The position numbers were made by a program, and so were the translations under genes. Below the pieces are notes generated by a model. The model worked only from the letters and a program-made list of their open reading frames with translations, was not told the origin of the DNA and did no database searches. A stretch of DNA of 64,000 nucleotides from Phycisphaeraceae bacterium (GTDB lineage Bacteria > Planctomycetota > Phycisphaerae > Phycisphaerales > Phycisphaeraceae): contig OY771506.1 in assembly GCA_963674705.1 (NCBI GenBank), positions 1,024,001-1,088,000 on the forward strand. The letters run 5' to 3'. Positions within the stretch are counted from its first letter, which is position 1. Every line of letters begins with the position of its first letter. This document shows positions 1 through 8,539 of the stretch, in pieces.

Positions 1-44
1 TCAAGTACAATTGAGACCAATCAATACCCCCCCAATCGCAATCA

Positions 45-75
45 GCTAAAGGCTAACGGCTAATGGCTAATGGCT
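45..75 (+). repeat. Heptamer tandem repeat (GGCTAAT-like) overlapping the trmD start
   Basis: gctaaa ggctaac ggctaat ggctaat ggct; same unit at 52046-52078. Confidence 0.8.
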
Positions 76-818
76 CGCCAATCCGCATCGACGTCCTCAC
101 CCTCTTCCCCGACATGTTCATAAACGTGCTCGGTTCAAGCATCCTCAAACGCGCGGCAGAGCCCGTCACGAACCCCGCAGATCCGGGAGATGTCAGACCC
201 CCCATCGTCAGCTACCACGTCACCGACATCCGCGACTACACCCAGAACAAACACTCCAAAGTCGACCAGCCCTCCTTCGGCGGCGGCCCCGGCATGGTCA
301 TCCAATGCCAGCCCGTCTGGGATGCCGTCCAGGCCGTCGAAGCCCAGGACCCTCGCCCCGCCACACGCATCCTCCTGACACCCCAAGGCAAACCCCTCAC
401 CCAACCCCTCGTCGAACAACTCGCCAAGCAACCGCGCCTCCTCATGATCGCTGGCCACTACGAAGGCATCGACGAACGCGTCATCCAGAAACTCGACCCC
501 ATCGAAGAGATATCCATCGGCGACTACGTCCTCTCCGGCGGCGAACTCCCAGCCATGGTGTTGATCGATGCCATCGTCCGCCTGCTTCCGGGGGCGCTAG
601 GCCACGAAGACTCCGCCCACCACGACAGCTTCTCCCCCGGTGCGCAACGCCTTTTAGATCACCCCCACTACACCCGCCCAAGAACCTGGGAAGGCATGGA
701 TGTCCCCGAGATATTGTTAAGCGGCGATCATGCCCGCATTGAGGCCTGGCGTAAACAACAAGCATTAGAGCGCACTCTACAACGCCGCCCCGACCTATTC
801 GACAACGATCCCGTTTAA
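63..818 (+). CDS. trmD: tRNA (guanine37-N1)-methyltransferase
   Basis: [12 protein letters not shown]-terminus, [42 protein letters not shown] motifs. Confidence 0.97.
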   Translation: MANGSPIRIDVLTLFPDMFINVLGSSILKRAAEPVTNPADPGDVRPPIVSYHVTDIRDYTQNKHSKVDQPSFGGGPGMVIQCQPVWDAVQAVEAQDPRPATRILLTPQGKPLTQPLVEQLAKQPRLLMIAGHYEGIDERVIQKLDPIEEISIGDYVLSGGELPAMVLIDAIVRLLPGALGHEDSAHHDSFSPGAQRLLDHPHYTRPRTWEGMDVPEILLSGDHARIEAWRKQQALERTLQRRPDLFDNDPV

Positions 819-879
819 CCGCATCGGCCACGACGCGCTCTTCTCCGCACTCACCCACTCACTGCAAGCCGCGATCACC

Positions 880-977
880 GCGAGCCGTGATGTCCCCATC
901 ACGGCATCCCCCCGATTCCCTTCCCCTACCCACCTAAATAAAACCTCACCACACCGGCGTGAGACACGCCGGCTCGC
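880..977. repeat. REP doublet (two GCGAGC-foot hairpins in inverted orientation), left of the transposase
   Basis: GCGA-GCCGTGATG-tccc-CATCACGGC at 880-905; CCGGCGTG-aga-CACGCCGG-CTCGC at 954-977. Confidence 0.88.
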
Positions 978-1516
978 GATCACCGAAAACCTCGAATACA
1001 ATCCCCCTCACGCAACTACTTCCACCGGGGCGAACCGTCTGGCACATCACCTTCGGGACCTACGGCTCAAGACTGCACGGCAGCGACGAACCCACCGTCG
1101 ACCGAAAACACAACACCCCCGGCCAACCCTTCATCTATCGCGACGATGACCGACACAACCGCGAACGATCAAACATGCGCGGCCCGGCTATTTACCTCAC
1201 ACAACCACAACGCCAGACAATCCAGAACGCCTTACCCGCACTGTGCGCCCAATGCGGCTGGACCCATCACACCAGCGCCGCCCCGCCACAGCCCGACAAC
1301 GACCACGTACACATCCTGCTCGACGCCGACCCTTCCGCTGAACCCAAGGTCATACGCAAACTCATCAAACGCCTGACCACACAAACACTCAACCAATCCT
1401 TCACCCGTCCTGTCAACACCCCGTGGTGGGCCGAAGGTGGCTCAACAAAACCCGTCAAGGACGCCGCCTACTTCAACAACGTCATCCACTACATCAACCG
1501 CCAACGCACCCCATAA
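959..1516 (+). mobile_element. REP-associated tyrosine (HUH/Y1, IS200-superfamily) transposase, RAYT-like; start codon uncertain
   Basis: WHITFGTYG N-terminal strand, HUH motif NDHVHILL, WAEGGS, C-terminal YINRQ catalytic-Tyr helix; REP doublets on both sides; only start is a GTG inside the REP. Confidence 0.82.
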
Positions 1517-1542
1517 TCCAATCCCTGCGAAACACGATTGCT

Positions 1543-1644
1543 GCGAGCCGTGATGTCCCCATCACGGCATCCCCCCGATTCCATTCCCCTCCCCCCACCG
1601 AATAAAACACGTCCCCACACCGGCGTGGGGACACGCCGGCTCAC
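1543..1644. repeat. REP doublet right of the transposase
   Basis: GCGAGCCGTGATGTCCCCATCACGGCA at 1543-1569 identical to left copy; CCGGCGTG-ggga-CACGCCGG-CTCAC at 1620-1644; spacer also similar to left spacer. Confidence 0.88.
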
Positions 1645-1669
1645 ATAACGAAAAATTCGCCCACTCAAC

Positions 1670-4600
1670 TCAATGATTGTCCGCCTTGTCTTCTTCGCGA
1701 TCGCGCGCCTGCGCCCCCTTACCCAACTGCGCCAATAGCTGTTCAATTGCCTTGTGATTCTTCCGAGTCGTCTTGACAATCAGGTTCCCGTTTTCTTCGG
1801 AAATCGAACTGATGTCTCCGCCGTTCGCTTCCCACTCGTCGTAATACCCCACCGACTTACGGATTGTAGTAGCAACCTGCTCGACCTGTTGCGCCCGGCC
1901 GGGTGTGTCACGTTCAACACGCTCCGGTACCGTCCCATCAGCACGCGGTGCTAACGGCAATGGCTCTACATCCGCCTCGGCCACACGCAGCAGATGCCGG
2001 ATGTCGTATACACGTGTATCAGGATTGATCTGGTCACGCTCGGTCGAAATCGCCACGGTACCTTTCGCGAGGATAAACGCTGGTCTGTTGTAACCCTTGT
2101 ATTGCGCCTTCTCCGACATCACCTGAAACACCAAATTGAGCACCTTATCCCCGGGCATTTCCCCGGTACGCAGCGACACCGCCGTTGTCGGCTCGATCCC
2201 CGCCTCCTTCAGCCTTTCCCAGTTCACGTACACAGGCATACCCAACTTGTCGCCGATCGTTTGCACCGCATCCTCGAACGGGACGTTGTCAAAATCGACA
2301 CGTATGGGCTGACGCAGCTTCTGCCCGGACGTCCGGGCTACCTCGGCCTCAACCTCTTCCATAGTTGGCGCAGAGACCAGTTTGTTCGTGGTGGCGATGG
2401 TGACAATCCCGTCGATCACACGGAATTCAATCCGCTCTTTAGCCCCACAAGACACCTGGTGCAGGACGAGTCTCAAGGCTTCGGTAGCATCGATGTTATT
2501 GAGCTTCAATGAAACAAGCGCGTCCTGATAAACGCCCGCCTGTTTCAACGCGGCCCAGTCAACGAACAAGTTGACCTTCGTCACATTGCGAAAATAGTCC
2601 AGAATATTCGCAAGCCGGTTGCTCTCAAAGTTGATCGGGATCGGATGGTTGAGCTTGTTCAAGGCCTGCATGGTTGCTTCGCGGTCTTTATCCGCAGAAG
2701 GAATCTCAATCGGGTAGCCGACCTGCGCAGCAACAACATCTGCTTGAGTGCTGACGACCACGACACGACCACGGATGCCAAAAGTAATCGGCTCAGTGCT
2801 GCTCTCCGAGGCCAATTCCAATACACGCTCCAACACCGATCGGCCGGTCACTTCCGGACCCTCTGACAGCAACGTGATCTGAGTGTCCATAGCCACCCCC
2901 ACCGCTTTCAAGGCCCGCCAATTGACGTAGATATCCGTGCCGGTCACGTTGCGCACATAATCGATGACATTAGCTAACCGGTTTTCCTTGAAGTTCACAC
3001 GGATGACTTGATCCAAAGAAGTCTGGATGGGTTTGGTGGAAGACCGGGTAAACGGGGTCGTGTTGCCGTTAAAGGTCACTAATAAATCTTCACTGCCCAT
3101 CAATCGATATGTGAACTCAAGCGTGTCCCCCCCTTGCTTCAAGAGCAATTGGTCACCATGCAGTGTGTACCTGTAGGTCTCTGTCGGGTGGGGATCATCC
3201 GTAATCGTCGCGACGCCATTCTCCGCAAAGGTTATGACAACCGGGTCCGGGTCGCTATCAAGTGTGCTCCATTCACCGATCAGATTCATGCTTGAATCAT
3301 CATCCACACCAATCTCGCGCGTCTGTATCCCCTTGTCTAACTGCCCCAACAACCGCTTAATCTCCTCATGATTCTCCGGCGTCGTTTTGATGATTAACTT
3401 GTCTCCCACCGACGCGATAAAACTGCGGTCACCACCGTTGATCGACCATTCATTAAAGTCACCAACATTAGCCGCGATCGCCATAACGATCTGGCCAAGT
3501 ATCTCATTACGCGTCGGTCTTTGCCCCGTCGGCACATCCTTCGCACCGGGGTCGGACGCCAACAGACTCCGAAGATCGTAAACCCGGATAGCACCCGCCT
3601 CAGCCGCATCAGAATCCGCCGGGCCCTTGCCGGGAAGTTCCACCAAGAGTCGCTTAATCGCCGCATGATTCGCGGACGTTGTCTTGATGACAAGCGTATC
3701 ACCAACCTGCTGAATCGTGCTCTGGCTGCCGCCATTTACAGACCACTCTGTGTATTGACCAACCGTTTCAGCGATCGCGGACTGAATGTCATCAATCATT
3801 TTTGACCGTCTTGGACGCGCTTCAGCAGACATGCCTTCCGGATACAAACCGGATGCCAGCAGATCACGCATGTTATAAGTCTGTGTCGAAGAGCCGGCTT
3901 CCAGCTTGATATGTATATCACCTACAGCATCAGTGCCCACGCCCGGATCGTCATCCACCTCGACGTTACTCATTGGAACATTTGCGGCCTCTTCCGCCCC
4001 CGGCTCCGCCGCGTCCGTCAATCCAATCACCGCAAGCGTCGCCAGCAACATCACTCCAACTACCGTTAGCGCAGGCCGTCGCTTCGGCGACAGCGCGATC
4101 ATGCGTATCCGCCTCTTCAACTGCCCCATCCCGTCGCCGATGCCCGCAAGCGCGGGATTTGCCAGGCGCGGGCGAGTCAGTTGTTCGAGCACGCGGATGA
4201 TGGTTTGGCCGTAGGCCTGGCTCGCGTCGGTGCCTGTGGCGCGCAACACCAGTGCGTCGCGCGCCAGTTCACGGTCGGCTCGCAATCTCGCAAACGCGAA
4301 CCACACCAGCGGGTTGAACCAATGCACCGCCGCCAGCAGGATCAGCAGCCAGTTCATCGCGATGTCGTGCTTCTTCATGTGCGCCAGTTCGTGCAGGAAA
4401 ACAAAGCGCAGTTCGTGTTCGGGCATCTGATCAACAAGCGCAGCAGGGACCAGAAGCTTAGGCCGGAACATCCCCGCAAGCGCCGGGCTCGCGAGCTTCG
4501 GGATCAGCAGCAACCGAACGTTCCGATGCAGCCCCATCTCACGTTTGCAGGATTCGAGTAACGCCAGCAATCCTTCATCTGTGACCGATGCGTGACGACG

Positions 4601-5071
4601 CAGGCGCACGGCAAGCACCGCGTTAATCAACAAGAGCACGCCCAGCACCAACACCACACCCATCAGCCACACAGCCAACACGATATCTGCAGTATGCCAA
4701 TGACTGACCGGTTCATATGCCTGCCCGCCCGCTGTAGAGACGACAGGTTCCAACCCGCTCAGATCGATCGCTTCCATATTGATCGGCGCAGAAACCGGCG
4801 CGGCCGGCAATTCTGCCACAACCACCGCTTCCGCTTCTCCGCGAAATAGGTTAAATACACTCACCACGCTGCCGGGCGTCACCGGCAACATCAAACGCAA
4901 TACCACCACCGACCACAACGCGTACCGCCACCGCGCATTCAGCCATCGGCCGAACATCATCTGCACGGCAAGCACCAGCATCACCAGCACCGACGCCTGC
5001 CACGTCGCCTGCACCAGAGTCTGCATGGCCGGACCCAACCCCGAATACCAATCCTGTAACCATGCCATCAC
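1670..5071 (-). CDS. BlaR1/MecR1-like M56 metallopeptidase sensor with repeated secretin-N/STN-like C-terminal domains
   Basis: N-terminal TM helices, RYALW..VLRL, HELAH zinc motif, HWFNPLVW, RELARD, LKRRI; no penicillin-binding domain; internal repeats. Confidence 0.9.
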   Translation of the reverse strand: MMAWLQDWYSGLGPAMQTLVQATWQASVLVMLVLAVQMMFGRWLNARWRYALWSVVVLRLMLPVTPGSVVSVFNLFRGEAEAVVVAELPAAPVSAPINMEAIDLSGLEPVVSTAGGQAYEPVSHWHTADIVLAVWLMGVVLVLGVLLLINAVLAVRLRRHASVTDEGLLALLESCKREMGLHRNVRLLLIPKLASPALAGMFRPKLLVPAALVDQMPEHELRFVFLHELAHMKKHDIAMNWLLILLAAVHWFNPLVWFAFARLRADRELARDALVLRATGTDASQAYGQTIIRVLEQLTRPRLANPALAGIGDGMGQLKRRIRMIALSPKRRPALTVVGVMLLATLAVIGLTDAAEPGAEEAANVPMSNVEVDDDPGVGTDAVGDIHIKLEAGSSTQTYNMRDLLASGLYPEGMSAEARPRRSKMIDDIQSAIAETVGQYTEWSVNGGSQSTIQQVGDTLVIKTTSANHAAIKRLLVELPGKGPADSDAAEAGAIRVYDLRSLLASDPGAKDVPTGQRPTRNEILGQIVMAIAANVGDFNEWSINGGDRSFIASVGDKLIIKTTPENHEEIKRLLGQLDKGIQTREIGVDDDSSMNLIGEWSTLDSDPDPVVITFAENGVATITDDPHPTETYRYTLHGDQLLLKQGGDTLEFTYRLMGSEDLLVTFNGNTTPFTRSSTKPIQTSLDQVIRVNFKENRLANVIDYVRNVTGTDIYVNWRALKAVGVAMDTQITLLSEGPEVTGRSVLERVLELASESSTEPITFGIRGRVVVVSTQADVVAAQVGYPIEIPSADKDREATMQALNKLNHPIPINFESNRLANILDYFRNVTKVNLFVDWAALKQAGVYQDALVSLKLNNIDATEALRLVLHQVSCGAKERIEFRVIDGIVTIATTNKLVSAPTMEEVEAEVARTSGQKLRQPIRVDFDNVPFEDAVQTIGDKLGMPVYVNWERLKEAGIEPTTAVSLRTGEMPGDKVLNLVFQVMSEKAQYKGYNRPAFILAKGTVAISTERDQINPDTRVYDIRHLLRVAEADVEPLPLAPRADGTVPERVERDTPGRAQQVEQVATTIRKSVGYYDEWEANGGDISSISEENGNLIVKTTRKNHKAIEQLLAQLGKGAQARDREEDKADNH

Positions 5072-5460
5072 TCGCTCTCCTTATCTTGAAGGATCTGCTT
5101 CAGCGTCTGGATGTCGTCATTGGACAGCTTGCCCGCGTCCACAAGGTGCGCAAGCAACAGCCGCGTGTCCCCGGAAAACACACGGCTCAAAAAACTCTTA
5201 CTCGCATCCCGCAAACACGCCGACCGCGACACAGCCGGGCGATACAGGTAGCGGTTGCCTTCCTGGGTAAACGTCAGCGCTTCTTTTTGTAGCAGCCGCC
5301 CGAGCATCGTCTTGACCGTACGCGGCGACCAGTCCTGCTCATTCGCGATCCGCTCAACCACCTGCGCCGCGCTGAGCGGCGACTCCTCCCAAAGCACCTG
5401 CATCACCTGCCATTCGGCATCCGAAATCTTCGGCATCGATTCTTGCGGCTTCTTCGACAT
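5068..5460 (-). CDS. BlaI/MecI/CopY family repressor
   Basis: ISDAEWQVMQVLW, WSPRTVKTMLGRL..K, GNRYLY; stop overlaps the M56 gene start; RBS GGAGG. Confidence 0.95.
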   Translation of the reverse strand: MSKKPQESMPKISDAEWQVMQVLWEESPLSAAQVVERIANEQDWSPRTVKTMLGRLLQKEALTFTQEGNRYLYRPAVSRSACLRDASKSFLSRVFSGDTRLLLAHLVDAGKLSNDDIQTLKQILQDKESE

Positions 5461-5475
5461 GAGACCTCCCAGATT

Positions 5476-5516
5476 GATTACGTATGTAATCTACTACAAA
5501 TGTAATCACACAGCAA
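5476..5516 (-). promoter_or_regulatory. Tandem BlaI-type operators overlapping a sigma70-like promoter
   Basis: GATTACGTATGTAATC (5476-5491) and TACA-AA-TGTA (5495-5504) fit the BlaI/MecI TACA-N2-TGTA box; minus-strand TTGCTG-17 bp-TAGATT. Confidence 0.75.
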
Positions 5517-6214
5517 CCCCCTTCTGCATTCATCTCGTTTAGCCGCGTCGGCCACGACGCGTAACAAGCCGCTCTCGGCTAAGCGCTCTTTCTTGTGTAG
5601 CCGCAATCCCACCCTCGCGCGCACGCTCTCGTCGCATCCTCCTTATTAAGGAGACCCGTGTTTTTCAGACCCTGAACAGTCCGACCGGCGGTCACCGGAC
5701 GGTCATGGGGCAACCGCTTGGGTATGTTTCAAAAAGCACTGACCGGTGGTCCTTGGCCGGAGCGGACATAAGGCGGTCACGAGCCGGACACACGACCAAA
5801 ACAGTCAAGCAACTATGGATACAACACTTACAGAATCAAGACACAAAAACGTCATGTCCTACCCCCCAAGACCGGACACGCCACAAACGACGGTATATCA
5901 ATTGGTTAAGCACAATTACCCCCAATTAGGGAGGGAGGGGGCGGACATGGACAGGCAACGTTCGACACTCCGGGATTCAGGCACGGGACAGCGGGATCAG
6001 AAAATTAGATCTTGGGCACACAAATCCAACCTTTTCTGCTTTTCTGTTTTCCCGCTTCTCGGCGCTCCGCCGTTTTGCTCCCCCCCGACGATCCCGCTAT
6101 ACTGCTCGGCTCGACCGACACCCCGGCTCATCTCCGGGGCCATGGTGGGAACCTGTCGGAAGTCGACGTAGATACTAAAAATATGGCACCCCAGCTAGAC
6201 GGAAGGCTCACGCC

Positions 6215-6676
6215 ATGAGCGACGCGATTATGCAAGCGGTCCAAGCGGCCCAACTGAAAAACGACCTGCCCGTGATCAGCATCGGCGACACCATCGATGT
6301 GCACGTCCGCATCATCGAAGGTGCCAAAGAGCGTGTTCAGGTCTTCACCGGCGTGGTGATCAAGGCTCAGGGCTCCGGCCTGGAGCGGACCATCACCGTC
6401 CGCCGCATCGTCGCCAACGAAGGTGTTGAGCGTACTTTCCCGCTGCATTCGCCGCGTATCGCGAAGATCGAGATCAAGCGTCACGGCCACACCCGCCGCA
6501 GCAAGCTGTATTACCTGCGTGAACGCGTCGGTAAGAAGCGTCGCCTGCGTGACCGCCACCGCGGTCTGGGCTGGCTGACCGACCAGCAGGAGAAGGCCGA
6601 CGCCGCCCGCGCCGAGGTCGAAGCCAAAGAGAAAGCCGCTGAAGAGGCGGCAAAGGCCGAAGCCACGGCGGAATAA
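6215..6676 (+). CDS. rplS: 50S ribosomal protein L19 with an Ala/Glu/Lys-rich C-terminal extension
   Basis: GDTIDVHVRIIEG.KERVQVF.GVVI, GVERTFPLHSP, RRSKLYYLR. Confidence 0.97.
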   Translation: MSDAIMQAVQAAQLKNDLPVISIGDTIDVHVRIIEGAKERVQVFTGVVIKAQGSGLERTITVRRIVANEGVERTFPLHSPRIAKIEIKRHGHTRRSKLYYLRERVGKKRRLRDRHRGLGWLTDQQEKADAARAEVEAKEKAAEEAAKAEATAE

Positions 6677-6678
6677 TC

Positions 6679-6785
6679 GCGAGCCGTGATCGCATTCAGT
6701 GATCGCGAGCCGTGATGTCCCCATCACGGCAACCCAGCGATTCCCTCACCGCCCGCCCCCCTGGCGTGTGGATACGCCAGCTCGC
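6679..6785. repeat. Third REP doublet plus a partial copy
   Basis: Partial GCGAGCCGTGAT at 6679; full copy at 6705-6731; CTGGCGT-gtggat-ACGCCAG-CTCGC at 6761-6785. Confidence 0.85.
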
Positions 6786-6803
6786 TTAAGCGAAACATTG
6801 CCG

Positions 6804-6840
6804 CCCCGCCGTCCCTTTAAGGACCGGCGGGGTTTTCTTT
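6804..6840 (+). terminator. Rho-independent terminator after rplS
   Basis: CCCCGCCG-TCC...GGA-C-CGGCGGGG followed by TTTTCTTT. Confidence 0.7.
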
Positions 6841-6857
6841 GATAGGATTGCCATCCC

Positions 6858-8465
6858 ATGAATGATCAGGCCCCACAAGAAGAAGCACCGCAGCGTTCCA
6901 ACCGCGACCTGCTCGCAGACCGCCGCACACGATTAACCCGCCTGCGCGATGAGCACGGCGTCGACCCGTTCGGCGGTCGCGTCGACAGTCTCATCACCCT
7001 TACCGACGCCAAGGCCCAATACGATGAGCCGGCCGACTCCGCTCATAAGGACAACCCCGACGACGATCGTCGCCCGGTCGCGAAGGTCGCCGGCCGTGTC
7101 ATGCAGCACCGCGTGATGGGCAACCTCATCTTTATGCTCCTGCGCGATCAGACCGGCGACCTGCAGCTTGCGGTGAGTAAGAAGCTGGTCGGACCAGATG
7201 CGTTCAAGGTCGCCAAGCTGGTGGAGTTGTCGGATATCGTCACCGCTTGTGGGCCGCTAGCCAAGACCAAGACGGGCGAGATTACGGTTTGGGCGGATCA
7301 GAACGCAAAGCCACAAGCGGCTGAGGGCGAGCAGCAGCAAGACGTCGCAGCGTTTGCCATGGCGACGAAGAGCCTGGCCTTGCCGCCGGGCAAGTTCCAT
7401 GGGTTGCAGGACGCGGAGCAGCGTTACCGCAAGCGTTACGTTGACATGTACGCAAATCCGGAAGTGATCGAGACGTTCCAGTTGCGGTCGAAGATCGTCA
7501 GCGAGATCCGCCGGTTCATGGACAGCCGGTCGTTCCTGGAAGTCGAGACGCCGATGCTCCAGCCGATCGCCGGCGGTGCGGCGGCGCGTCCATTCATGAC
7601 GCATCACAACGCGCTGGACATCCCGCTGTATCTGCGCATCGCTCCCGAGCTGTACCTCAAGCGCCTCATGGTCGGCGGCCTGCCGCGCGTCTATGAGATC
7701 AACCGCAACTTCCGCAACGAAGGTGTCGACCGTTCGCACAACCCCGAGTTCACCTCGATGGAGGTTTACCAGGCGTTCGGCGACTACTTGACGATGATGG
7801 AGCTGACCGAATCACTGATCCGCCACCTGGCCATGACCGTCAGCGAGACCGGTGTGATCGAGTGGAGCGGAACGCCCATCGACTACAGCAAGCCGTTCAC
7901 ACGCGTGACATATGCTGAGCTGTTCGAGCGTGCGAACGGCTTCGAGATGACCGACATCGAACGTGTGCGTGAGAAGGCACGTAATATCGGCCTGAACGAG
8001 AAGGGCAAGGACGACTGGCTGGTCGTGAACGAGGTGTTCGAGGAGACGGCCGAGGGCGGATTGGTGCAGCCAACCTTCGTGATGGATTACCCGAGCGTAA
8101 TCAGCCCGTTGACCCGGCCGCGCAAGGACAATCCCGACCTGTGCGAACGTTGGGACCTGTTCATCGGTGAGATGGAGATCGGCCCAGCGTACTCCGAGCT
8201 TAACGATCCTGATATTCAGGAGTCGAAATTCAAGGAACAACTAGCCGGCGCAGACGACGAAGAGAACACGTTCCGCTCGTTGGACGAGGACTTCCTTGAA
8301 GCGTTGCGTGTGGGCATGCCTCCCGCCGGCGGCCTGGGGCTGGGCATCGACCGGATCGTGATGTTATTGACGGGCCAACGGAGTATCCGCGACGTGATAT
8401 TGTTCCCGCTGATGAGGCCGGAGGGAAAAGCAGAAAAGCAGGAAAACAGAAAAGCAGAAAATTAA
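6858..8465 (+). CDS. lysS: Lysine--tRNA ligase (class II)
   Basis: OB fold (VAGRVM, TKTGEITV), RYRKRYVD, FLEVETPML, GGAAARPF, LRIAPELYLKRL, RNFRNEG, HNPEFT, GMPPAGGLGLGIDR. Confidence 0.97.
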   Translation: MNDQAPQEEAPQRSNRDLLADRRTRLTRLRDEHGVDPFGGRVDSLITLTDAKAQYDEPADSAHKDNPDDDRRPVAKVAGRVMQHRVMGNLIFMLLRDQTGDLQLAVSKKLVGPDAFKVAKLVELSDIVTACGPLAKTKTGEITVWADQNAKPQAAEGEQQQDVAAFAMATKSLALPPGKFHGLQDAEQRYRKRYVDMYANPEVIETFQLRSKIVSEIRRFMDSRSFLEVETPMLQPIAGGAAARPFMTHHNALDIPLYLRIAPELYLKRLMVGGLPRVYEINRNFRNEGVDRSHNPEFTSMEVYQAFGDYLTMMELTESLIRHLAMTVSETGVIEWSGTPIDYSKPFTRVTYAELFERANGFEMTDIERVREKARNIGLNEKGKDDWLVVNEVFEETAEGGLVQPTFVMDYPSVISPLTRPRKDNPDLCERWDLFIGEMEIGPAYSELNDPDIQESKFKEQLAGADDEENTFRSLDEDFLEALRVGMPPAGGLGLGIDRIVMLLTGQRSIRDVILFPLMRPEGKAEKQENRKAEN

Positions 8466-8535
8466 ACATATCTGCTTCTCTCACAACTGTTGAAAGGATG
8501 TTTTCTGCTTTTCTGTTTTTACTATTTTCTGCTTT
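8426..8535. repeat. Inverted element of AAAAGCAG(A) tandem units
   Basis: aaaagcagaaaagcaggaaaacagaaaagcagaaaa ... ttttctgcttttctgtttttactattttctgcttt; single arm also at 6031-6060. Confidence 0.75.
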
Positions 8536-8539
8536 ATAA

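Noticed and set aside
1670..5460. Beta-lactam resistance locus
   Set aside because: No penicillin-binding sensor domain and no beta-lactamase nearby
5705..6218. ORFs 5705-5929, 5746-6171 and 6012-6218 as genes
   Set aside because: No recognisable motifs, they run through repeat tracts and overlap each other
880..6785. REP hairpin copies as a CRISPR array
   Set aside because: Only three dispersed units, no regular repeat-spacer period, no cas genes
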